From assembly GCA_963751455.1 (NCBI GenBank), contig CAVVUN010000009.1, positions 128,001-192,000 on the forward strand: a stretch of 64,000 nucleotides of DNA, read 5' to 3'. The DNA is from Nitrospirota bacterium. GTDB lineage: Bacteria; Nitrospirota; UBA9217. The notes under the pieces were generated by a model, which was not told where the DNA came from, ran no database searches, and saw nothing but the letters and a program-made list of their open reading frames with translations. Both the position numbers and the translations under genes were made by a program. Shown one piece after another: positions 37,721-47,721 of this stretch (the stretch's first letter is position 1; each line of letters begins with the position of its first letter).

Positions 37721-37774
37721 AACTAGACGACATCAGCACTGTTTATCGGCGAGATGAAGAGCTTCTTCAATGAC

Positions 37775-37807
37775 AAAAAAGCAGCCGATCAACGGATGAT
37801 CGGCTGC
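37775..37807. terminator. Terminator between convergent genes
   Basis: AAAAAA GCAGCCGATCA...TGATCGGCTGC. Confidence 0.75.
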
Positions 37808-37830
37808 CTGAAAACAGGTATATAAAAATA

Positions 37831-38514
37831 TTAATACCCGCCACTAGGTATTTCGCTTGATCCGCCTCCTGTTCCTTCATATGTTCCTGTTCCACCGGTT
37901 GCTCCGCCGGGAAGCTCTTCGTTCGATTCACCTTCCATTTCTTCAAACGGTTCTAACCCGGGAGCGGTCTCTCCGGGTATTACTTCAGTTGATTCGTCGC
38001 CGACTCCACCTGCAGCAGTGCCGGCAACAGAAGATTCTGCAAGCGCTGTTTTGATTTCTCTGTGAACGCTGTCCTCGATAGCGCTTAATCTGTCGAGAAC
38101 ACTCGATGTATCCATATCAAAGTTGCTTGCGACCTGGTCCCATGTGCCCTTGCTGGTTTTGGCTTTCATGACTTCATTGACATTGTAGTTGGTGATCCCA
38201 CCGGGCAAATGTTCTGCAAATGCAAAGATCGCGGCCACATCTCCGTATTTCAGGTTATGCAGCATCAATCCGGTGATTCTGTCAGGGCTCACCTTGAACT
38301 CGTCCACTAATTCTTTCGAGATGATCCTGTCACCCTCCGGCATATTTGCGTGGTAGTTGAGCATCGATATTTCCGCGTTCAATTTGCCGAGATCTGCTGA
38401 CTTTTTATCGCCCGACAATACCTGTGTTCCCGCTGCTGATGCAGCGCCGGCCATTGCAGCCACAAGAACCGCAATCGTTGCGAGCGAGGAAAGTGTTGTA
38501 ATAAACCTTTTCAT
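37831..38514 (-). CDS. Secreted hypothetical protein (paralog of 4221-4880)
   Basis: Signal peptide; AGGAGG RBS; LKYGDVAAIFAF..LPGGIT; acidic tail ending GY. Confidence 0.85.
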   Translation of the reverse strand: MKRFITTLSSLATIAVLVAAMAGAASAAGTQVLSGDKKSADLGKLNAEISMLNYHANMPEGDRIISKELVDEFKVSPDRITGLMLHNLKYGDVAAIFAFAEHLPGGITNYNVNEVMKAKTSKGTWDQVASNFDMDTSSVLDRLSAIEDSVHREIKTALAESSVAGTAAGGVGDESTEVIPGETAPGLEPFEEMEGESNEELPGGATGGTGTYEGTGGGSSEIPSGGY

Positions 38515-38717
38515 GACAAACCTCCTTTCAAACACTTTATTTCATGTCTTCAAGATCCTCCATTGTGATTCATGAGGATAAACAAAATATAGCATTGTCA
38601 CTCATCTTGCGCAAATTGGTCGCGTTTGTTAGTCAAGCGAAGCTTCATTCTATTGCCTTTTTAAATCGTTTGTGATAGCTTTTATCGCAACAATAATACC
38701 AAACACTCAGAGAAGTC

Positions 38718-38793
38718 GATACTCTGACACTGCGATACTTTTGACGCGACACTCTGATACTTTGACGCTTGATACTCTCTGACACTTTGCACT
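38718..38793. repeat. Degenerate ~8-nt tandem repeat (GAYACTYT-like)
   Basis: gatactct gacactgc gatacttt ... gacactct gatacttt ... gatactct ... gacacttt. Confidence 0.7.
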
Positions 38794-38806
38794 GCCGAGG
38801 TACTCA

Positions 38807-39520
38807 TTGCACCTTAAAAGCGTAACTCTTCATCCGGACAAATATCCCACGCGGGAACATTATCCCTTCAGTCTCCCTATCTTTCACCAGGCCCAAACCC
38901 TGTCTTTCAGCACTCCGGTCACCATGTTCGTCGGTGAAAACGGTACAGGGAAATCAACCCTCCTGGAAGCGCTTGCTCATCTGTGCGGCATTTACATCTG
39001 GCGCGATACGAACAGGAGACGCTATCAGTATAACCGTTATGAAGATACTTTCTTCCAGCATCTATCGATCGAGTGGACAGAAGACCGCGTACCCGGAGCA
39101 TTTTTCGGCTCGAATATCTTCGAGCACTTTGCTCAATTGCTCGACGAGTGGGCTGCAAACGACCCCGGCCAGCTCGAGTATTTCGGCGGCAAATCACTGA
39201 TGTCCCAATCCCACGGCCAATCGCTCATGTCGTTCTTCAAAAGCCGTTATCAGCGCAAAGGAATTTATTTGCTCGACGAACCCGAAACAGCCCTTTCTCC
39301 GCGAAGCCAGCTGGAACTACTGGAACTCCTGGCTGCTACAACCGCCACCGGCCGCGCTCAATTCATTATCGTGACTCATTCTCCGATTCTGCTGGCCTGT
39401 CCCGGAGCTGTTATCTACAGCTTTGACGCCAGCACTATAAAAAAAACCACATATGAAGAGACAACGCACTATCAGCTTTACAAAAGCTTTTTGAACGATA
39501 GAAGCAAATATCTGCCGTAA
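38807..39520 (+). CDS. Stand-alone ABC/AAA-type ATPase (COG3910-like)
   Basis: GENGTGKS, QSHGQ, LLDEPETALSP and THSPIL motifs. Confidence 0.88.
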   Translation: MHLKSVTLHPDKYPTREHYPFSLPIFHQAQTLSFSTPVTMFVGENGTGKSTLLEALAHLCGIYIWRDTNRRRYQYNRYEDTFFQHLSIEWTEDRVPGAFFGSNIFEHFAQLLDEWAANDPGQLEYFGGKSLMSQSHGQSLMSFFKSRYQRKGIYLLDEPETALSPRSQLELLELLAATTATGRAQFIIVTHSPILLACPGAVIYSFDASTIKKTTYEETTHYQLYKSFLNDRSKYLP

Positions 39521-39577
39521 AACGGCAGCGCGTGTGTAGAAAGGGACTGGGTTGCAAGCAGTCGGAAAGGGGGCTTT

Positions 39578-40150
39578 ATGGATGACGTGATGGCAAAGGG
39601 AGTGACTTTTTTATATGCTAAAAAATTTATATTGGAAAATTACGGCGAAGATGTCTGGAACAGGATATTGGCCTCCCTGTCACAGGATGCCGTAAAGGTC
39701 TGGCGCGATACCCCGTTGGTTGCCTCACTGTATCCTTTCCGGAGCTTTAAAATGATGACAACCGCTCTTGCGAAAGAAATCGGGGCGGTCAAGGAAGCGG
39801 AAACCGCCCGAATCTACGAATATATCGCGGAAAACAGTCTGAGCAAGGTATACCAGATATTTTTTCATATGACTAATCCGTCCTTCGTCCTTAAAAACTA
39901 TCCCAAATTGTGGAGCCGCTTCTTCGATTCCGGCAAAGTGGAAGTTCCATCTGCAGAGAAAGGCAGCGCGGTGATCAAATTTACTCTTCCTGACATATTC
40001 CTCGACTGGATTTCTCCGGCCTGTCTCGGTTTTTCCAAGAAAGCGGTTGAAATGGCCGGTGGCAGGAATCTCTTGATGCAGCAGATCAGCAAGACCGTGT
40101 CGCCTGACAGGGCATGGGAAATTGTTTTTGAATTAAAATGGGATGAATAG
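39578..40150 (+). CDS. Hypothetical protein, H-NOX/V4R-like (DUF2378-like)
   Basis: KG..F..YG..W pattern, LW.RFFDSG and C-terminal FELKW; family call by recall. Confidence 0.6.
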   Translation: MDDVMAKGVTFLYAKKFILENYGEDVWNRILASLSQDAVKVWRDTPLVASLYPFRSFKMMTTALAKEIGAVKEAETARIYEYIAENSLSKVYQIFFHMTNPSFVLKNYPKLWSRFFDSGKVEVPSAEKGSAVIKFTLPDIFLDWISPACLGFSKKAVEMAGGRNLLMQQISKTVSPDRAWEIVFELKWDE

Positions 40151-40251
40151 AGATTGCACATGTTTTCAATAGATCGCTCGCTGAAGACTGACTGAGACAC
40201 AAAGTTAATTCATGAAGGGAGCTGGTAGTCCTGCACGCAGGACAGCTGCAT

Positions 40252-40836
40252 CTAAAATCTCCACGTCAGCACCAGCAATTCCTGCCCTTTGCCGATTTTC
40301 AAGTCCGCGGATATATCATCTGATTTTTTTTCTGTTCCCCCGGTAACGTAATCAATCGACTTCGCCGCAACCACAATTAAAGGCAAGGAATAGAAAGTGC
40401 GCCGAAACCGGTCGTTTTCCGAATGAGTATCATCGTCAGTGTTCCGCAAGTTGTAAAGCCCTATCCCGATTACCCCGGCCACAAGCGTGGCATTTCCCCA
40501 ATCGTTTAATTTATCTGATGCTGCAAGGGGAGACAACAGGACCAGTGAACCACCAACCGCCACGGGATATTCTTTGGCGGCCCACGCGTCGAAATACAAT
40601 ACTCCTCCTGTCAATGCAGTTAAACCTAACACTTTTCCGGTTTTGACGAGTGTGCTGTCTGTCTCAGAGAATAAAGGACGCTCTGTCCCGGGTTGTGTAT
40701 TGGATTCAGTATCGGCAAAGGCGCGGTTAGTCAGTGAGCAGAATGCCGAAAGGAGAACGGTTGTCAGCAGGAGCGTCTTAATTAAGAACAGATCAGGGTT
40801 ACGGAGTTTTTTCGGCGATACGGGAAAAATGTTCAA
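40252..40836 (-). CDS. Hypothetical membrane protein
   Basis: TTG at 40836 follows AGGAG; signal-like segment and several hydrophobic stretches; ends LTWRF. Confidence 0.6.
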   Translation of the reverse strand: MNIFPVSPKKLRNPDLFLIKTLLLTTVLLSAFCSLTNRAFADTESNTQPGTERPLFSETDSTLVKTGKVLGLTALTGGVLYFDAWAAKEYPVAVGGSLVLLSPLAASDKLNDWGNATLVAGVIGIGLYNLRNTDDDTHSENDRFRRTFYSLPLIVVAAKSIDYVTGGTEKKSDDISADLKIGKGQELLVLTWRF

Positions 40837-40943
40837 TGTTGTTTCTCCTGTTCCTTGAAATTGAGAATAGAATAAATAACAGGAGGAGTCAAGAAAACAA
40901 GCTGGATGCAAATAGAGCACGATAATTTAATCTAATATAATTT

Positions 40944-41109
40944 GTAACCATTCAGCTTCTTTTCAGAACGGCATTAAGACAAATCTGAGAAAAAACCCTT
41001 CTATCCGCAGATTTCGCAGATTTACGCAGATTTTAACCGGAATTCTGGTTTTGTTTTTATCTGCGAAATCTGCGTAATCTGCGGATAAAAAAATGACCTG
41101 AATAGTTAC
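40944..41109. mobile_element. MITE family A, copy 3 (inverted)
   Basis: Same body in reverse orientation; 8-bp TSD TATAATTT. Confidence 0.9.
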
Positions 41110-41374
41110 TATAATTTTAACTTAAAATAGGAAATTGGTTGTATTGACTCGGGCTTCTTTTTCTTGCTATGCTTCAATCAGCTGTCTTTGATTGTATGTT
41201 TAAAACTTCAACACATGAGTTCCTGTCTAATTATGTGAAACTATCCGCATTCTCCTCCTCTTGTGTCCCCGTTGGCCAAGCGGCGGCGTTAACATCTGTT
41301 CAAATCAACGGTGAAAATAACAAGGGACAAGTTCTAAAAGTTGAAAAAGATAATATATTTATTGGAGGCAGAAA

Positions 41375-42485
41375 ATGAGGCATTCAGGCAAGTGTTCACT
41401 GTTTATAGCACTGTCAATTTTCGTTTCAATTTCCGTTGCGTCAGCCGACGCCCCCCATAGCGCGTATTTGCGGCCTGTGGACCTCGGGACATCGGGGGGA
41501 AACATAAACGACGTGAGCAGTATCTATTGCTGCTCGGGCACGCTTGGCGCCCTTGTCCGGGATTCCGGAGGAACTCAATATATCTTAAGCAATAATCATG
41601 TTCTCGCCAGGACTAATAAAGGCCGGCAGGGCGACGTAATCACCCAACCCGGTCTTATCGACATGTTTTGTTCGCACGATACGAGTTACGGTGTTGCAAA
41701 TCTTTCCAGTTTCGTGCCGATATCGTTCAAAAAAGGTGCAAGGAACACGGTGGATGCGGCTATTGCCGTTACACAGAACGGGAAGATAGATCCATCCGGC
41801 GCGATCCTCGACATCGGCGCCATAAGCAGCCAGACAGTCAATGCCTCTCCAGGAATGCCGGTAAAAAAGAGCGGTCGCACAACGGGGCTTACTAGCGGAA
41901 CCATATCCGCGGTAAACGTTACGGTGGACGTTACTTATAACAAGATCTGCGGAGTCAGGATCTCAGAGGGCTCGTTTTCTGAACCAGATCGTGGTGAGCA
42001 GCGGCTCCGGCGCAACCTTTAGCGCAGGTGGTGATTCCGGTTCCCTGATCGTTCAGGACTGCTCGGCGAACCCGCGCGCCGTCGGACTTCTGTTTGCAGG
42101 GAGTTCCACATCGACCATTGCCAATCCGATTTCCAGCGCTTTGACGGCGCTCAATGTCAGCATGGTCGGGGGACCCGATTTCTGCGAACCTGCCGCAACT
42201 TCGGCTACATCTACGGGGGTGCTTGCCATGACGCCGAACTCGAATGCCAATTCCCGTGCAATCGAAGAGGCAACCAGGGTTAAGGAGCAACACGAGCATT
42301 CGATAATGAGCGTGCCCGGTGTGGCAGGAATGGGTGTTGGAATATCTACGACAAATCCCGATGAAGTCGTTGTAAAAGTATTTGTTTTAAGAGACCATGT
42401 CGAAAATGCGAGAAATCAAATTCCCGGAAAACTGAACGGCTTTAATGTGGAGATAGAGGAAACAGACGAGATCAGGGCTTTTTAA
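41375..42485 (+). pseudogene. Secreted trypsin-like serine protease split by a +1 frameshift near 41957
   Basis: GTLG, LSNNHVL, VDAA and GRTTG in the first frame; GDSGS in the second frame; could be a sequence error. Confidence 0.8.
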
Positions 42486-42500
42486 CACCAGATGAGTGCT

Positions 42501-42546
42501 TACGGAAGGGATGCACGGTAATTTGTGCGTTCCTTTCCGTTTATTT
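42501..42546 (+). terminator. Intrinsic terminator
   Basis: ACGGAAGGGATGCAC...GTGCGTTCCTTTCCGT followed by TTATTT. Confidence 0.65.
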
Positions 42547-42559
42547 CAGAGGGCGGATA

Positions 42560-43069
42560 ATGACGGCAGAGAAGATAACCGCGCAAGGATTGCTGGTTGC
42601 TGCCGCGGCGCGCGAGGCAATTGAGATGGCGCTGCCGTCGATCGAAAAGGTGCTGCAGCGGCCGATGGGGAGCGGGTTTTACATATTGTGGTAATGGACC
42701 CTATGTCCAAATACGGCGGCACACCGTTCAACAAGGCGATCCTGTACGAACACAGCATCGGCGATCCTTCTACGCGGCACGCGGACTATCGGTCCTACGC
42801 GCGCGGGAAGGGCTGAACTTGCGTGGCGTTCGAACTGCGATACGCATCTGATCCAGGAAGTGCATCCGCATCTGCTTAAAATAGGCGACAGCCTGCTGTG
42901 AGGCGGAGTGTGCCGGGACGGAATCATCGTTGCCGCCAGCGGTGCGCATCCATGGTTTGATGAGGCATTTGCGAATGCCGTGGCAGGTTATCTGCTTGCG
43001 ATCGCGCACGAACGGGCACGGGCCGCGCGGGAAAAAGGCGCAGTTCTCGCGCGAAGCCAAGCCGCGTAA
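42560..43069 (+). pseudogene. Degraded hypothetical gene (possibly GlcG/HbpS-like fold)
   Basis: Frameshifts near 42678 and 42810 and an in-frame TGA at 42899; reconstructed GSGFLHIVVMDP..ILYEHSIGD..ADY..GGVCRDGIIVAASGAHPWFDEAFA. Confidence 0.65.
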
Positions 43070-43111
43070 GCACGAATAAAGCATAACTAGTACAAAACGG
43101 CAGGCACATTT

Positions 43112-43207
43112 ACCGCGAAGTCGCGAGGAACGCGAGGAAAGCGAAATTCCCCTAATATGCCACAGAGATAGTATTGCCTTCCTGGCGACCTTTGCGCCCT
43201 CGCGGTT
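43112..43207. repeat. Palindromic element with 9-nt unit arms
   Basis: ACCGCGAAGTCGCGAGGAACGCGAGG ... CCTGGCGACCTTTGCGCCCTCGCGGT. Confidence 0.6.
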
Positions 43208-43571
43208 CAATCTTTTTAGTTCCGCCTTGTTGGCTTAAAGCACACCGTAATGACGTCGTGGAACTATTAACAACTAGGTTTACGTTGTCCGAAATCAAAA
43301 ACACTTTCAACCGCAAAAACGTGCAGGAGGACAAGTTGAAATGGTTTTACTTTAGTGAGTGATCTTTCGCTTCGTTCAGTGTGCCGCATTTTATTCTTTC
43401 GAAGTGGCACAGCCTCGGTGCAATGCCGGCCATTTTTCAGAAAAACGGATTAACGATCACGACCTTGATGATCTGATTGAGTTCATCAAGGCCCAAAGAA
43501 GGCATTAATAAGCATTCAAAAAGAACGCCAAAAAGACGAAATTGCCGTATTACATAAAAAAGGACTGTGCC

Positions 43572-44912
43572 ATGCAAGATGGAATCATCAGATCCATACG
43601 GCAAACCTTTGACATTCGCTATACATACCCGGTCATCTTTACTTCAGGAGTATTCAGGAACGGAAATCCGGTTCTCAGAAATGTTATTGCGGAATCCGGT
43701 GTGAAACACCCGAAGATACTGGTGATAGTTGACAGCGGCGTCGCCAAGCCGCGAGCTGATTTACAGGACGCCATTGAAGCGTTCATAAAAACGGACGCAG
43801 TTCTTCCTGATCTTGCCGCGCCTGTCTGCATACTACAGGGCGGGGAAGAGTGTAAAAATGACAGCGCTCATATAAATCTGATCCATGAATTGATAAACAA
43901 AGCCCGATTATGCCGGCATTCCCTTATCCTTGCCATAGGAGGCGGCGCCATGCTGGATGCGGCGGGATATGCGGCTGCGACGGCCCACAGAGGCATCGGA
44001 CTGATCCGGATGCCGACAACGACTCTTTCCCAGAACTACGCCGGGATCGGCTTGAAAAATGCCGTCAACTTGTTCGGGAGAAAAAATTTTATCGGGACCT
44101 TTGCCCCGCCGCAGGCGGTAATAAACGATTTTGATTTTCTGTCAACGCTTCCGGAAAAGGAAATGCGCGCCGGGATAGCAGAGGCGATAAAAATATCCCT
44201 TATCAAAGACCGGCCATTTTTCGATTTCCTCTATGCTGCCAGATACAGCCTTGCGCAATGCAATCCCGATTCGCTTCGGAAAATGATCATCAGATGCGCG
44301 CAGCTGCACCTGGCGCATACCATCCGGGAAGGCGATCCGTATGAAACCGGGCTGGCCCGTCCGCTGGATTTCGGCCACTGGTCCGCCCATAAACTGGAGG
44401 AGCTCACGAACGGAGCACTCGGGCACGGGGATGCAGTCGCGGTCGGGATTGCGCTTGATTCGGTATATTCATGGCGAAGGGGAATGCTGTCGATTGAAGA
44501 ACTGGTAAAAATACTTTCCGTTCTCGCGGATTGCGGCTTCGATTTATATCATCCCGCCCTCGCAGGCATGGACGTCGCCCGGGCATTCAGCGACTTCCAG
44601 GAACATTTAGGAGGGGATCTTACCATACCCCTGATCTGCGGGATAGGAAACGGGATCGAAGTAAATTCAATAGACCTGTCCGTATATTCCGAATGCATAG
44701 CGGATCTTGCGGCCAGCAAAGGAGATCAGGATGAAATAAATCAAGCGCCCCAAGACCGGCAAAGAAATATTCGATACGAATTTTCCGAAAGAACCGGCCA
44801 GGAATCCTTGATGTTGTGTCACTCCGGAACTGATCCAGCCGCAGCTCATTCCCGAGCTGCACAAGCATGCCATACCATCATAGATATTGCCGGAACCAAA
44901 ATTACCATTTGA
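43572..44912 (+). CDS. 3-dehydroquinate synthase-like sugar-phosphate cyclase (EboD-type), possibly degenerate
   Basis: GGEECKN, IGGGAMLD, PTT, KNFIGTFAPP, AEAIK, PLDFGHWSAHKLE and HGDAVA motifs. Confidence 0.8.
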   Translation: MQDGIIRSIRQTFDIRYTYPVIFTSGVFRNGNPVLRNVIAESGVKHPKILVIVDSGVAKPRADLQDAIEAFIKTDAVLPDLAAPVCILQGGEECKNDSAHINLIHELINKARLCRHSLILAIGGGAMLDAAGYAAATAHRGIGLIRMPTTTLSQNYAGIGLKNAVNLFGRKNFIGTFAPPQAVINDFDFLSTLPEKEMRAGIAEAIKISLIKDRPFFDFLYAARYSLAQCNPDSLRKMIIRCAQLHLAHTIREGDPYETGLARPLDFGHWSAHKLEELTNGALGHGDAVAVGIALDSVYSWRRGMLSIEELVKILSVLADCGFDLYHPALAGMDVARAFSDFQEHLGGDLTIPLICGIGNGIEVNSIDLSVYSECIADLAASKGDQDEINQAPQDRQRNIRYEFSERTGQESLMLCHSGTDPAAAHSRAAQACHTIIDIAGTKITI

Positions 44913-44975
44913 GTCTCTGCTTTCTCTGTGATAGACTGCTGGCTAATACCCTATTGTTCAGAGCCAGGAGGTTCT

Positions 44976-45743
44976 ATGTTCTGCCCCAAGTGCGGCAAAG
45001 AGGTAAGCGAAGGCCAGATCTTCTGTCAGTATTGCGGAGCAAGACTCGTTGAAGAGGCTTTTCCGGCTGCCGAAGCGTCAACAAGTCAGTTGAGCACCAG
45101 GGAGAAGACGCCCTGGGAGGACCGTGAGGCTCGCGGATTTTTCAACGGACTGTTCGCAACCATGAGAGAGGTTTTGCTGCGGCCTTCGGAATTTTTTAAA
45201 AAAATGCCGCTGACCGGCGGTCTAACCGATCCGCTGCTGTACGGGCTGATCATCGGAATGGTCGGCCTCATGGTTTCGTATATGTGGCAGCTGGCTTTTA
45301 AGGGCGCCATGAACGACATGATGCCCGGAATGCATGCCGGAACAGGACAACAGTTTTTTCACGGCGCAGGGATCGCGGTCCTCGCTTTTTTTACGCCTTT
45401 TCTGATCATTCTCGGCCTTTTTTTGTCATCGGGCGTTCTTCACCTTTTTCTCATGATGGTCAAGGGAGCGCGGCAGAGTTTTGAGGCCACCTTCAGAGTA
45501 GTTGCATACGGCTACAGCCCGAATATTTTTCTTGTTCTTCCGTTTTGCGGCGGCATCATTGCCGCGGTATGGGGGATCGTCCTCGCCATCATCGGTCTCC
45601 GGGAAGCGCATGAAATTACGGGGGGCAAGGCGGCTTTTGCCGTTTTTCTGCCGGTCATCGTTTGCTGCGGAATGATTACGATTGCGGCAGCTGCGTTCAT
45701 GAGTCTCGTGGCGGCTTCGTTCGGATCGTTGATGCGGTTTTAG
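44976..45743 (+). CDS. Zinc-ribbon plus YIP1-domain membrane protein
   Basis: MFCPKCG..FCQYCG, PWE, FEATFRVVAY; AGGAGG RBS. Confidence 0.85.
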   Translation: MFCPKCGKEVSEGQIFCQYCGARLVEEAFPAAEASTSQLSTREKTPWEDREARGFFNGLFATMREVLLRPSEFFKKMPLTGGLTDPLLYGLIIGMVGLMVSYMWQLAFKGAMNDMMPGMHAGTGQQFFHGAGIAVLAFFTPFLIILGLFLSSGVLHLFLMMVKGARQSFEATFRVVAYGYSPNIFLVLPFCGGIIAAVWGIVLAIIGLREAHEITGGKAAFAVFLPVIVCCGMITIAAAAFMSLVAASFGSLMRF

Positions 45744-45859
45744 AGTAAGAATGCTTCTTTAAATAATAAGAAATGCCAGGAAAAAAGTATTTGCCACAGA
45801 GCACACAGAGATTGAGAGGGAAAACAAGCAATCTCTATTTTGATCCTGGAAGATTTTTT

Positions 45860-46026
45860 GTAACTACTCAGGTCATTTTTTAATCCGCAGATCACGCAGA
45901 TTTCGCAGATAAAAACAAAACCTGAATTCTGGTTTTAAAATCTGCGTCCATCTGCGAAATCTGCGGATAGAAGGCTTTTTCTCAGATTTGTCTTAATGCC
46001 GTTCTGAAAAGAAGCTGAATAGTTAC
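45860..46026. mobile_element. MITE family A, copy 4
   Basis: 8-bp TSD GATTTTTT; inserted between CCACAGAG...CTCTGTGG palindromic arms. Confidence 0.9.
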
Positions 46027-46098
46027 GATTTTTTAAGTGTTCTCGGTGACCTCTGTGGTTAAAAGAATTTCAAGCTTGTAAGGGTTACAAAATAAACC

Positions 46099-46506
46099 AT
46101 GATTGCGGCCTTATCCAAAAAAAGGGACGGGCAGATAGAATTCGGTATTATCTACGGCGGGATCGCGCTTTTAGCCCTTTTTGCCTCCCGGTTTCTTCCC
46201 GTTTTCTCTATTGCGCCCGCGTGCGCCTTTAAAGCGCTCTTCGGGTTGCCGTGCCCGACATGCGGCTCGACACGGTCCTTGGTCTATCTATCCCGAACCG
46301 ATTTTTCTTCCGCTTTTTTAATGAATCCGTTAATTGCGCTCTGTGCGGCCGGCGCTGTTCTCTGGCTGCTGTACAGCGTGATAACGCTTGTTTTCGGTTT
46401 GCCGAGAATCGGACTGACTCTCACGGAAAGCGAGAAGGATATTTTCCGCATTTCCGCTGTTCTTATTGCCCTGATGAACTGGCTTTTTATCATTGTAACC
46501 GTATAA
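46099..46506 (+). CDS. DUF2752-family membrane protein
   Basis: C.F..LFGLPCPTCGSTRS and AFLMNP motifs. Confidence 0.85.
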   Translation: MIAALSKKRDGQIEFGIIYGGIALLALFASRFLPVFSIAPACAFKALFGLPCPTCGSTRSLVYLSRTDFSSAFLMNPLIALCAAGAVLWLLYSVITLVFGLPRIGLTLTESEKDIFRISAVLIALMNWLFIIVTV

Positions 46507-46664
46507 TATCGCCATTCATAAACAAGGCAGCCAGCTTATTTCCCGTTCAATAGCCCGGGCACTTTCACAGCACTTATCAATAATATGTTTACATTTAATC
46601 AATGTTATGTTAATATAACAATCTTTAGATTATTCCACATTTTCCGTTATTTACGGGAGTCAGC

Positions 46665-47657
46665 ATGAGCCGTGTCGTTATCGGAGTGGATCTGGGTGGC
46701 ACGAATCTAAGAACCGCTATCGTAGACCCGGAGGGGAAGATTCTTGACAGACGCAAGGAGGCAACGTACGCGGCCGAGGGCTGGAAGAATGTGGTTGCCA
46801 GACTGTCTGAAAACATCAAGAGGGTGCGCGACGGCGCGCTGAAGAAAGGTTTTGAAGTTAGCGCAATCGGCGTTGGTGCGCCCGGAGTAATTCAGGGGGA
46901 CACCGGCATAGTCGTAAAGTCCCCGAACTTTCCGGACTGGAATAAACTTCCGCTCAAGGACCTTCTTGAAAAAGAATTCCGTGTTCCCGTACATATCGAG
47001 AACGATGCAAATGCGGCAGCGCTCGGGGAACAATGGCGCGGGGCTGCGGGCGGCATCCGGAGCATGATTTTCCTTACCCTTGGCACCGGCGTCGGGGGCG
47101 GGATAATACTGGACAACAGGATCTGGCAGGGTGCGGACGGAATGGCGGGCGAAATAGGGCATATGACGCTCGTTCCCGAAGGAAGGCCGTGTACGTGCGG
47201 CAATACCGGCTGCCTCGAAATGTACGCTTCAGCACGCGGCATTGTCCAAAGCTACCGGGAAGAATTGAGTGCATCGGTCGGTTCCGATTCCGGCCAAGTG
47301 ATCACCTCGCAGCAGGTGTACGACGCCGCGAAGGCAGGGAACGAAACAGCTGTCCGGATAATGAACAGGATGGGCCGGATGCTCGGCATCGGCATCGCCA
47401 GCCTCATAAACATCTTCAATCCCGAGCGGATCGTGATCGGGGGCGGAGTAATGGATGCGTGGCCCCTGTTCATTCAGGCAACGCGCGAGGAAATCAGGAA
47501 GCGCGCCTTCGAGATTCCTGCCAACCGCACCGAGATCGTGCAATCGCAGCTTGGTGATGACGCGGGCATTATCGGCGCCGCAGCCGTCGCGTTTCAGCAG
47601 CAGGAAAGAGAAGCGGCAATAATAGAGCAGCATCGGAGGAAAACAAGTACCAGATAA
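46665..47657 (+). CDS. ROK-family glucokinase
   Basis: DLGGT, ENDANAAALGE, GTGVGGG, EIGH and CTCGNTGCLE motifs. Confidence 0.9.
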   Translation: MSRVVIGVDLGGTNLRTAIVDPEGKILDRRKEATYAAEGWKNVVARLSENIKRVRDGALKKGFEVSAIGVGAPGVIQGDTGIVVKSPNFPDWNKLPLKDLLEKEFRVPVHIENDANAAALGEQWRGAAGGIRSMIFLTLGTGVGGGIILDNRIWQGADGMAGEIGHMTLVPEGRPCTCGNTGCLEMYASARGIVQSYREELSASVGSDSGQVITSQQVYDAAKAGNETAVRIMNRMGRMLGIGIASLINIFNPERIVIGGGVMDAWPLFIQATREEIRKRAFEIPANRTEIVQSQLGDDAGIIGAAAVAFQQQEREAAIIEQHRRKTSTR

Positions 47658-47721
47658 CAAACACCACATGACAAATAAATTCCTAGAAGCGGATGCGAAA
47701 TTGTAAACGTTCTTGAAAATT

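Noticed and set aside
42899-42901. In-frame TGA as selenocysteine
   Set aside because: The gene also has two frameshifts and the position fits a Trp codon mutated to TGA.
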